A DNA stretch of 64,000 nt, from NCBI RefSeq assembly GCF_963921235.1, contig NC_086107.1, positions 111,416,001 through 111,480,000 of the forward strand, read 5' to 3'. The position numbers and the translations under genes are program-made. Shown one piece after another: positions 36,006 to 47,410 of this stretch. The notes under the pieces are model-generated. The model was not told the DNA's origin. It saw nothing but the letters and a program-made list of their open reading frames with translations, and did not search any database. Origin of the DNA: Mobula hypostoma. Taxonomy: Eukaryota. Each line of letters begins with the position of its first letter. Position 1 is the first letter of the stretch.

Positions 36006-39000
36006 GAGAATGTGACTTAAAATCTTGTGTTTCTCTTTACCACGGTGTGGTTCACCATCTCAAAGGTTTGCACAAAGACCATTCATTCGTTGACCTTTGA
36101 CCTATATGGTCTTCTTTCTTCCCCCCTTTTGTCACATTGGGATTTGATTGGCAACTGCCTTTAGAAGAAAAAGTGACTTCACTGCTGGCTGGGATTGTTG
36201 CTTTGCTGGGCCTCAGGGTGTGAAGATGAAATACAAGACCATAAGACATAGGAGCATAATTAGGCCATAAGGCCCACCCATCACCTGCCTCCTCCCCATG
36301 ACCTTATTAAACAAGAATCTATCAACCTCCCAATGACTTGGCTTCCACAGCTGTATACAGTGGCAATGAATTCCACATATTCACCACTCTCAGGCTAAAG
36401 AAATTGCTCCATGCCTCTGTTCTAAAGCGACATCCTTGTATTCTGAGGATGTCCCCTTGTCCTAGAGTCCCAAGTCCACTCTATCTAGGCCATTCAATAT
36501 TCAGTAGGTTTCATTCTTTCTGTTCTGAGGCTGTGCCCTCTGCTCCTAGATTCCCCCACTCCAGGAAACATCTTCTCCACCTCCACTCTATCTCGGCCTT
36601 TCAATAGGTTTCAATGAGATACCCACCGCCACCCCCCCCCAACACAATTCTTTTAATCTCCAGCGAGTACAGGCCTTGAGCCATCAAACACTCCTCATAC
36701 ATTAACCCTTTTATTCCCAGGTTCATACTCATGAATCTCCTCAGGGCCATCTCCAACGCCAGCACACCCTTCCTTAGAGTGACCACTGAATGTATATGAG
36801 AGTGTGGGCATTCGTGCATTGGGATTCAATATCAACTGCAAGATTATCACAAGATCCTCCATCAATCGTACAGAACCACTTCTTAATATAGACTATCAGA
36901 AAGCAAGGAACCCCAAACCAGGCGCCTTCCTCTCTCCTTACTGCCACTCAAGCAGCTACTCAAACAAGACCGCAGCAATGGTCACAACCTTGTGTCATCC
37001 AAAATAAAACTTCAAGATTCAAAGTAAATGTTATTATCAAAGTACATATATGTCAATGTATACAACCCTGAGATTCATTTTCCTGTGGGCATACTCAGCA
37101 AATCTATACAATAACTGTAACAGGATCAATGAAAGATCAACCAGAGTGCAGAAGACAACAAACTATGCAAATGCAAATATAAATAAATAGCAATAAATAA
37201 TAAGAACATGAGATAATGAGATAAAGAGTCCTTAAAGTGAGATCATTGGTTATGGGAACATCTCAATAGGGGGAACAAGTGAGTGTAGTTGTCACTTTTT
37301 ATTCAAGAGCCTGATGGTTCAGGGGTAGTAGCTATTTGAACCTGGTGATGTGAGTCCTGAAGTACTTGTACCTTCTACCTGATGGCAGCAGCGAGAAGAG
37401 AGCATGGCCTGGGTGGCGAGGATCTCTGATGATGGATGCTGCTTTTCTACAACAGCGTTTTATGAAGATGTTTCATTTATCTTAGGCCATCTGTAGCAAC
37501 TAGCCATGTAACAAAGCACACTCTCAGAATTAAACCCTGAAACTATCTGACTGTCAGAATCAGGGTTACCCCTGATAAGTAACGCACCTTTAGCGTGTTG
37601 AGACATGGATGGGCAGACGGCTGAAAGAAAAATGGAGGAGAGAGCTATGGGGGAGAGGAGGGTTACATTGATCATAGGGTAAGTTAATGTCGCACAAATA
37701 TGGAAGGATCTGGACTGGTCTGTGTTCTATGTTCTATAAAGATTTATTGTATAAATAAACGCTAAAGTGAATGGTTCACTTTTGCATATCCTGGGATGTA
37801 AATCTGGGGAAGCCTGGAAAGACAGGGGAATATTTGAAGACATTGGGGAAGATGAGGGCCTAAGGACACTGGGAAGTGGCTGGCAGCCAGAGAGAACTTG
37901 GTGCCTGGGAGCTCTGCAAACGTGGAAACGGTCATCAGAGGTCAAATGGGCTGAAGATATTGTAAAACGGAGCAGATACGAATGAAGAGGAGGGAAGCAA
38001 GAGAAAGAATTATGTGAATTTCTGTAGCACCTTTCAAAATGTATTACAGAGATTCTGCAGATGCTGGAAATCTTAAGCAACACACACGTGGTGCTAGTGG
38101 AACTTGTCACGTCAGGCAACATCTATGGAGGGATTTAAACAGTCACTGGTTTGAGTAGCCACAATGCCCGAAACAATGACTGTTTATTCCTCTCTATAGA
38201 TGCTGACAGACCTGCTGAGTTCCCCCAGAATTTTGTGTGTGTTGTTCCAGAGGGCAAGGTACTTTTGTAGTGCAGTCATTCTGCACTGCAGAATTTGCCC
38301 ATCCAAATGCACATGGGAAATTCCAACAAACAGGAATGGTTAGCAGAAAAAGACACGACTTCTCAGTCAATCTCCAGGAACCTGAGCATCTCCAAATCTG
38401 TAGCTATCATGTCAGTGGCCCACTGTGGAACGGCAGCTAGGTTTCTCTTCTGATGCCTGCAAACCCGTGCAGAAAAACACACCAAACATCTGTTTTCAAC
38501 TGAATTCTTATCAAATTTCAAGAATCGATGATGCAACGAGTTCCTGGAACTTGAGTGTGTTTACGTTCCTGATGGCAGGGAACATTTAACTTTTCAATTT
38601 TCCCATAAATGTCCAGGCTACCTCAGGTTCGGCCGCTAACTTTGTCCTTGTTAATTGATTCCGGGTTAGCCAATTACTTCTAGCAGTGTGTAGTGAGGAA
38701 GGATAAGGCAATAGTCAATTCAAGGTCAAAGTTCAGGTCATCGTCATTCAATCTACATATGTATACAGCTAAATGAAACAACATTCCCCTAGAGCAGGGT
38801 GCACAACACAGTACATATCACTCACACACGTAACACACGAAGTAATATTGCAACAAATAACAAGGGTGCATTCACCATACAAATTAAAAAGTAAACAAAA
38901 TAACATTACTGGCGCTTCATACGTGTTGAGACAGTACCTCCTGTGTGATGGTGGGGGGTGGTGGGTTCAAAGATTGTTGGACAGATGGGAGGGACTATTG

Positions 39001-41409
39001 ACAATGCTGAGAACCCTGCTTATGAGAAATATCTCTGACGGGTGGGAGACAGACCCCGAATGCTGTCTACTGACCTCTTTCTGGACAGACCTTGCATTAA
39101 GCAATGGTAATATCCCACCTAATTTCTGAGTAGCCGGCCGGTGGTGTAGCCACTTCTGCACGGGACTCTGGGGCAATTGGTCCCGGGTTTGAAGCTGGCC
39201 GGCTCCCTGCATGCTTTCCATCTGTGCCTGGGCTGCGCAGTCAGCTAGCAATTGGGCCCCATAAGAAATCAAGACAAACGCAAAAGAAAGCTCAGGATTA
39301 CCACCCAGTGCGCCACAAGGCGTGGGAGAAACAACAACAATTTCTGCGCGCAAGTTCAAATCATCCCCGAGTCCCCGAGGAAGTGCCTTCAAGGCCAGCA
39401 AGTCCACTCACCCAGAACAGAGCATTCGGGATGTAGGAGCGGCGGGGAGGGGGCGCGAAACAGAAAATAAAATGGCTGCTGCACAAGAGGTGGTCAATTG
39501 GCCTATTGCATCTATCCAGCTCTAGGCAAACTTAATCCAGTTTAATCCAGTTTAATCCAGTCCCTGAACCTCTCCTCACACTGTCAAAGTCAAAATCAAA
39601 ATCAAAGTACATATGTCACCATATACCACCCTGAGATTTGTTTTCCTGCAGGCATTCACAATAACATTTACAAAAGCTATACATAAAAGTCCAAAGTTCA
39701 AAGTAAATAAGGTAATAAGTAACTTTATCATCAGAGTACATATTGTGTCACCATATACAACCCTGAGATTCATTTTTCTGTGGGCATACTCAGCAAATTT
39801 AGAGAATAGAAACTGTAAACAGGATCAATGAACGATCAACCGGAGTGCAGAAGACAACAAACTGTACAAATGTAAATATAATTAAATAGCAATAAATAAC
39901 AAGAATATTAAATAATGAGATAATGAGTCCTTAAAGTGAGATCATCGGTTGTAGGAAACATCTCAATGATGGGCAAAAACTGACAACCAGTGCAAGTAAT
40001 AATATATTAATAAATGAATGCAGAAATGCATGAATTAATTAATATACAGACAGTAGATAAATAAATAACCAATTAATACTGAGAACATGAGTTGTAGAGT
40101 TCTAGAAAGTGAGTCTGTAAGTTGAGGGGCCAACTCATTGTTGAGGTGAGTGAAGTTATCCTCACAGATTCAGGGTCCTGGTATGTATGGGATCTAAGGC
40201 TCCTGTACGCCGAGCAAGTTCCTTCCCCTCAGATACTGACCCAGCCACCTTCCATATGCTACATCTGAATTGGCTGCCACTCTTTCCTACCCCAAGAGCA
40301 CATTCCGGATCCCAAGTGCTCACTGTGCAAGTAGAGATAGTGACCAGAGAAACCACAAAGACTTGTAACGTGATCATACTAAAGCATTACACACTCCACT
40401 TATGGTCAATTGGATTTCAACACTGGTGAAAAATTGGTCCTGTATTACTTTACATTCTTATTCCAATGAAGTCATTGCAACGTTGCACAAATGTCCACTA
40501 TTGTATCATCAAGGTACATTCAATTTCTTTTAAATTTTAAGAGGTCCTGTTCTCATACTGCAAGAGTTAATCATTCTGCACAAAATGCTGATGAATTATA
40601 TCATCAGTACATTCAGTTTGCTGCTCCATTCCCTGAGTATTTCCAGAAATGAATCCTTGCCTCCCCCAATTTTCTACAGCTGTGTAAGGGGTACTCTACT
40701 TGCAAATAAAAAGTAATTTTTATACAGCATTCACCTTGGTCTTTAGTTGGACAGAAATAATTGATAGGGACTTGACCGTAAGACATAAGAGCAGAATTAG
40801 TTCCATCAAGTCTGCTTCACCGTTTCCCCATGGCTGATTTATTATTCCTCTCAACGCCATTCTCCTGCCTTTTCCCTGTAATCTTTGACAACCTTACACT
40901 GCTTTAAGTATACCCAGTGACTTGCTCTTTGCAATCACCTGTGACAACGGAGTTCACAGATTCACCACCCTTTGGCTAAAGAAATTCCTCCTCACCTCCG
41001 TTCTAAAGGGGTGTCCTTGTATTCTGAGGTTGTTCTAGATACTTTTTCCACAGTTCAAAGCTCAAAGTATGTATACATGATACAACCTTGAGGTTTGACT
41101 CCATGCGGGAAGCCATAAAAAAACAAAGAAACCCAAAACAACCCGTAAAGACTGTCAAACACCCAATGTGCAGTGAGAAAATGAAACAAATCGTGCAAAC
41201 AATAAAAGCAAGCAAATAGCATTCGGAACAAAAGTGAGTCCACGGACACACAGGTCAGAGCAGACCACAGCCTCAGCCTCAGTTCAGTGCAGAGCCGAGT
41301 AAAAGTTGCAGAGCAGCAAGCTGAACTGACCCGAACCTCACCCCTCATCCCAACACTCTACCTTTTCAATCCATCTGGCCCGGCGTTTAAATTACCCCAA
41401 ACCTCCGCA

Positions 41410-42250
41410 AGTATTGATACATTTACAGGACCCGAAACAAAAACTGACACCCATGCAGGATCTGACCCACTCCTAGAACTTGGGCGGGGGGGGGGAGGCG
41501 CGTGGGAGGAGTTACTTACACATTGTTGGTACACTCTTGTAAACACTGATCCACTCCCGGGAATGCCCACGTAAATACTGGCAACACTCCTACGACTGTC
41601 TCATGTGAACACTGACACACTCCAGGGGTTACCCCATTGCTCTCCAGGGACACCCCCAACAACAGTCGCCAGCAACTAAATACTGACCCACTCTTGGGGT
41701 CGCCCCTTAAACACCACTGCAACCGGAGTCCCCGTTTAAATGTGACCCACTAACAGGATCGCTCATGCAAATATTGACACACTGCCTGGACTCCCTGTAA
41801 ATACTGACCTACTTTTGAGGTTGCAGCATGTAAGCACTGTTAAAACCAGAGCCCCTATGTAAATATGACTCACTGCCAAGATCTTCATGTAAATAATGGC
41901 CCATTCCCTGGACCCCTTGTAACTACTCTCACACTCCTTGGACCAACTCCACCATGGACGAACCCAAGCCTGGCTGTGAAGGGAGGAGGGTTAGGCATGG
42001 GGGCTAGCAACCCCATCATTTAAAAACCCAGAGCTACAGAAACACCAACAGATCCAAAGCCCTCATCCCCTGGAGAGGAAGGATCTTCGAAGATGGGCTA
42101 CACCTGAGGACAACCTGAAAGACTGGTGCAGGTCTCTGGCAAGCTGCTGTCAGCAGCCCTTACCCCAGTAGGGGTGATGGACTTAAGCAAGCCTTGACCT
42201 ACCTGTAAATACTGACACATTCCCAGAACCCCTCCAAGTAAATACTGTCC
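41410..42250. repeat. Degenerate minisatellite, about 30-34 bp period, interrupted by the element at 41950-42190
   Basis: Recurrent (G)TAAATACTGAC(A/C)CACTCC..GGA.CCC motif, roughly 15 diverged units. Confidence 0.65.
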
Positions 42251-42914
42251 CAAGCAAAAGCGTAGTCAACAATGTAATTGGATTGTGGAATTGGATGTAA
42301 TAAACTGGACTGGAAGTTGTCTATTGAACAAAAGCAAAGAGAAGGATGAAATGGATTTTACACAGGAAGGAAGGCTGTGACTGGTGTGGCACTGCATCAC
42401 TATATAGGTGGAGGCGCCATGCACCTATTCCTCTCCTTGAAGACAAGAGATTCTGCAGATGCTGGAAATCCAGAGTAACACACACAAAATGCCGGAGGAA
42501 CTCAGTAGGTCAGGCAGCATCTATGGAGGTGAATAAACAGTCGACGATGAAGGGTCTCAGATCCAAACATCCACTTTTCATACCTCTCCACAGATGCTGC
42601 CTGACCTGCCGCATTCATCCAGCATTTTGTTTGTGTTGCTCCGGATCTCCAGCAGTGGCAGAAACTCTTGTGAATTCTTCCAAGTTTAATTGCGGATGTG
42701 AGAGAGGAGGGGGGTATAAAGGGGTCTGGAGAAGCCTGCTGAGTGGGTAAGGACATGGCAGGTGAAGTATAATGCAGAAAAATGTGAGGAGGTTATCCAA
42801 ACCCAGATGTATGGAGCAGAAGGGCAGAATATTTGTGAAATGGTGAAAGGCACTGATGTGTAAGGGGATCTGACCTATAGATGCAACCATACACAAAAAA
42901 TTTCAAATTGGTAG

Positions 42915-43365
42915 CTGAGGCCACCTTCAGGGTAGAGGAGCAACACCTTATAGCCTGTCTGGGTAGCTTGCAACCTGATGGTATGCATATCGATTTCTCT
43001 TCCAGTAAACAAGTTCACTCCCAGTCTAACTTTTACCTCCTCTCACCTGCCTATCACTTTCCCCCGGGTCCCCTCCTCCTTCCCTTTCTCCCACGGTCCA
43101 CTCTCCTCTCCTATCAGATTCCTTCTTCTCCAGCCCTTGACGTTCCCCACCCACCTGGCTTCACCCATCACCTTCCAGCTAGCCTTGTTCCTCTTCCCCC
43201 CACCCTTTTCTGTTGGTATCTTCCTCCTCCCTTTCCAGACCTGAAGAAGGGCCCCGGCCTGAAACGTCAACTGTGTTTTTTTTTCATTTCCATAGATGCT
43301 GCCTGGCCTGCTGAGTTCCTCCAGCACTTTTTGTGTGTTGCTCTGGATTTCCAGCATCTGCAGAA
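42915..43365 (+). mobile_element. Penelope-like element ORF end, pseudo-LTR and hammerhead (43236-43273)
   Basis: EATFRVEEQHLIACLGSLQPDGMHIDF (PLE C-terminus), then CAGAC CTGAAGA AGGGCCCCGGCCT GAAACGTC AACTG. Confidence 0.85.
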
Positions 43366-45939
43366 TTGTTCATGTTTATGAAATTGGTAGTGTGGATGAT
43401 AGTTATAGGGTGCTGGTAAGATGAGCAGACTGATGGCAGATGAAGTTTAATCCTTTACTTATTTATCTATCTTTCTATTTACTGATTTAGATGCAGCACA
43501 ATAACTGTCCAACGAGCCCACACTGCCCAATTACACCTATGCCACCAATTAACCTACTAGCCTGCGTGTCTTTGGCATGCCGGAGGAGACCAGAGCACCC
43601 GGAGGAAATCACTGCGGCCAAGTGCACGGGCTTTGGAAGAACAAGTGGGGATAGGACAAACTCAATAAATGAGAGGGCCCAAGGCAACACCAAGGAACAT
43701 GGGGACCTGAGTGTACGAGTCTTAGGTAGCAGCACAGCTACATAAGGTGATGGAGAGAGCCTCTGCCATAAGTTCCTTCATTGGCTAAAGCATAAACTAT
43801 TAGAAGCTGAACGGTTATAAACATTGGTTAGGCTACATCTGCTGCACTCTGCGCCACTCTAGTAGACACATTAATGGAAGGACTTAATTGCTCTGTGCTA
43901 GTGTGCTGCCTGGGATGGAATATTTAACTCATGAACATAGAACAGCACAGGCCCTTCGGCCCACAATGTTGTGCTGACCGTTTAAACTACTCTAACCCTA
44001 CCCCTCCTCTATTTTAATATCATCCATATGCCTAAGAGTCTCTTAAATGCCCCTGTTGTACCTGCTTCTGCCACCACCCCTGGCAGGGCGTTCCACACAC
44101 CCACCACTCTGTGTGAAGAACCTGCCTCTGACATCCCTGTTTACTCTTCCAATCACCTTGAAATTATGCCCCCTGGTATTAGCCACTTCCACCCCTGGGA
44201 AATAGTCTCTGGCCGTCCACCCGATCCATGCCTCTTATCACTCTGTACGTTTCCGCCAGGTTGGGCTGTGTCGGAGTAGAGGAAGCCAGGAGGGACGTGA
44301 CAGAACGGTGTGAATCCTGGGCAGGGTGGCTCCACGCAGGGAGGAGACCTCCTGCAGTGAAAAGGCCTCAAAGTTCAGAGTAAATTTATTATCGAAGTAC
44401 ACCATATACAACCCCGAGGTTCATTTTCTTGTGGGCATCCACAGTAACTACAAGAAACACGACACAATCAGTAAAAGACCGCTACTACCAGCAGGACGAA
44501 ACAACCAATGCGCAAAAAAAAACAAACTGCAAATACAAAAGGAAGAGAGAAAAGAAATAATAGTAAAATAATAGACAAATAAATAAATAAATAAGCAATA
44601 AATATCGAGAACATGGGATGAAGAGTTCGCGAAAGCGAGTCCGTGGATTGTGGGCACAGTCCAGTGATGAAGCGAGTGAAGTTGGTTCAGGAGCCTGATG
44701 GTTGAGGGGTAATAACTATTCCTGTACCTGGTGGTGCGGGTCGTGTACCTTTTTTTTCGGGAGCGTTGGGCACAGTTTTAGTCTCCTAACCTAGGAAAGA
44801 ATACATTGGCGGGCGTGCAGCGATGATTCGCCAAACCTATGCCTGTTATAGCGGGTCTGCCGCGGGGAGAGAGGTCGAGCAGACGGGGGACTGCATTCTC
44901 TCGGGTTTAGAAGAAGAAGAGGGGTTTTCATCTGAACATAACGGGCTCTTAAAAGGGTGGATGTGGCAAAAAGTCCAAGTCCGAGGAGCACGATTTGAGA
45001 ATGGGGGGGGGGGGTTCAGTCCACTCAGGGTTACGCTGGGGGCAACAAGTCTTCAGAGGGCAAGAGACCTTTGGAATTCTCCACTCGGGACAGTTGTGCT
45101 CGTTTAAAACGGCGATCAAAAATAAATATTGAGCAATCGGTGGAATGCGGGCAACGCGCAAAAATGGAGGGGCTCAGCGGATCGGAGGGTAGAAGAGTCG
45201 ACGTTTTGGGTCGAGACACTTCACCGGGACTGGATAGAAAACGGGGAGACCGCTAATATGAAAAGAGGGTAGTGTTGGAATAATGGCACTGTGGTGGATT
45301 AACTATGATGTTGAACGATGGAGGAGGCTTGACAGGACTGGATAACCCCCTCCTGCTCACCATTTTCTGTACGCTGAGACTATCCCGGGACCCCCAGTGT
45401 GAACGCCGAGCCGTTCCCCACACTACCTCCTCCTCCCCGCACACCGGCGATTTTTTTCCTGCGGGGAATCCGCGCTGCCCGGGACCCAGGTCACCGGCCA
45501 CTGCGTCCCAAAGGAGCCGCCAAGAGAGATCGGCACATTCCTCGCCCCGACCCCGGCAGAAAACTGGGATGCTTCACCCAAGAGTCGATCTGTCGCCATG
45601 GAACCCGCCACAGCTACCCGACTCAGGAGCCCATCATGACCGAGAGCAAGTCCTTCAAGTTGTTTATTTTGCGAAAGAAGCGCACTCGTGGTCGCAACGT
45701 TAGCCCGCTCCGTGTGCAACACTGCGTTAGTCCTTTCACGGATTTGCATTAATTTTTGATGCTGAAAATTAAACTGCAGGTTTTCCCTAAATATTTATCC
45801 GATGCTAAGCGTCATTCCCTAGAATACAAGCAACGGTGCACAAAGACAGTTTTCCTTGTTTTTTAGACATTTACTTACCCCGATTATGCAGTCATATTTC
45901 CTTCGCAGTGCTGTCCGGTTTATAAGAGCCACGATAATT

Positions 45940-45941
<2 letters not shown>

Positions 45942-45978
<37 letters not shown>
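45942..45978. repeat. (CA)n microsatellite, about 18 units
   Basis: Read directly from the sequence. Confidence 0.98.
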
Positions 45979-45980
<2 letters not shown>

Positions 45981-46150
45981 GCCCGTCCACTATCCCGCTC
46001 AGCCGGCAGATGCTTCAACTCCGGGTAGCGGGGGGGTCGTTCGGGTGCTGGAAAATCGGCACACTGTCCCACGGGGGCAAGCGAGTCGGGCAATGGGGTG
46101 ACGACGGGGTTTCCTGGCGGAGCATTGCCCCCCCACTCACCCCCACCCCC

Positions 46151-46185
46151 GTGTGTGTGTGTGCGTGTGTGTGTGTGTGTGTGTG
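46151..46185. repeat. (GT)n microsatellite, about 17 units with one GC interruption
   Basis: Read directly from the sequence. Confidence 0.98.
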
Positions 46186-47089
46186 GGTCCGACCTGCCGG
46201 TGCTGCGGGCCCCGAGGACGGCTGGGCCGAACGTGGTGGGCGCTCTCCACCTCTCACTCCGGCCAACTTTTGTCAGCTTGGCGAGTCGTTTGAAGCGCCG
46301 CCCTCCTCCCTCTCTCTCTCCCCATTTCACAGAAACTCCGCCACGCGCAGTCTTTCCAAGAAATTCAACCTGGGTTTCACTTTCGTACACGTCACTCGCT
46401 TGAGCTTTTTTTTTAACAGCAAGATAGCTCTTAAACCCACGGGCAGTTCCTACGTCCGTCTCAGTTTACAGATTATCGGCTCTCCGAGCAGCGATAATGC
46501 TGGACCGCGCTGAGCGGGGGTCGAGGCAAAGAGTGCAGGGGCAGTGGCAAAAGAAGATACGAGAGCTTTATTTAGGGCACAGAGAGAGATTTAATGTGCA
46601 CAAGCCTGAGGTATTTTGTTTTGCAAGAAACCATTTCTATAAACTGGCGGGACGAAATGTTGAGTCTTTTTTGGTGTTACACTAATTAGTAAATTTTTAA
46701 AATATTGTCACATGTACCGAGGTACAGTGAAAATCTTTGTCAAAATCAAAGTCGAGCTTATTGTCATATACACCAGTACTGTAAGCACGTGTGCAATTAA
46801 GAAGTAACACAGACGCTATTATTTATTTATTCTTAAAATACAGCGTGGCCGCGCAGCCCAGCAATCCCCCAATTTAACCCTAGTCTAACCACAGGACAAT
46901 TTACAATGACCGATTAACCTAGCAACCGGTAGGTCTTTGGACTGTAGGAGGAAATCGGAGCACCCGGAGGTATGCAGTCACGGGGAGAATGTACAAACTC
47001 CTTATTGGCAACCTCAGGAAATGAACCCAGGTCGCTGGTACTGTACTGTAAATAGCGGCTCTAACCGTTACGCTAGCGTGCCGCCGAAA

Positions 47090-47410
47090 ACACAGCAGGT
47101 CAAGGCAGCATCCATCTATGGAAATGATTAAAGTCGATGTTTTGGGCTGGGACCTTTCATCGGGACTACCTCACCCAACCACACACCTTTGTCCTCACCT
47201 GGTTTCACCCATGATCTGTCTGCTTGTATTCCCTCCCCTCCCCTCCCCTCCCCTCCCGCACCTTCTTATTCAGCTTTCTGTCCCCCTCCTTTCCAGACCT
47301 GATGAAGGGTCTTGGCCTGAAACATTGACTGTTTACTCCCCTCCATTGACGCTGCCTGACCTCCAGCATTTTGTGTGTGTTGCTCTGCATTTCCAGCATC
47401 TGCAGAATCT
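47090..47410. mobile_element. Inverted pair of Penelope pseudo-LTR fragments with two hammerhead motifs
   Basis: Minus-strand degenerate motif at about 47132-47167. Plus-strand CAGAC CTGATGA AGGGTCTTGGCCT GAAACATT GACTG at 47294-47331. Confidence 0.8.

Larger units (their letters stand above)
45879..46300 (-). other. Putative non-coding first exon (5' boundary approximate)
   Basis: Consensus donor GGG|GTAAGT on the minus strand at 45879/45878 inside the CpG island, downstream of the motif cluster. No convincing CDS. Confidence 0.35.
45100..46520. promoter_or_regulatory. CpG island / probable promoter
   Basis: Visibly CpG- and GC-rich, largely unique sequence against a CpG-poor background. 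GC box at 46298, GAS motifs at 46326-46334 and 46354-46362, IRF-E/ISRE-like at 46374-46385, CRE-like at 46388-46395. Confidence 0.75.

Noticed and set aside
38721..38740. DR1-like AGGTCAAAGTTCA (also about 11104-11122)
   Set aside because: It sits at a repeat end and matches the (TTCAAAG)n-type tails of local retroelements.
45253..46513. Overlapping 80-167 aa ORFs in the CpG island
   Set aside because: Expected in GC-rich DNA. They include translated microsatellites and no recognisable domain.
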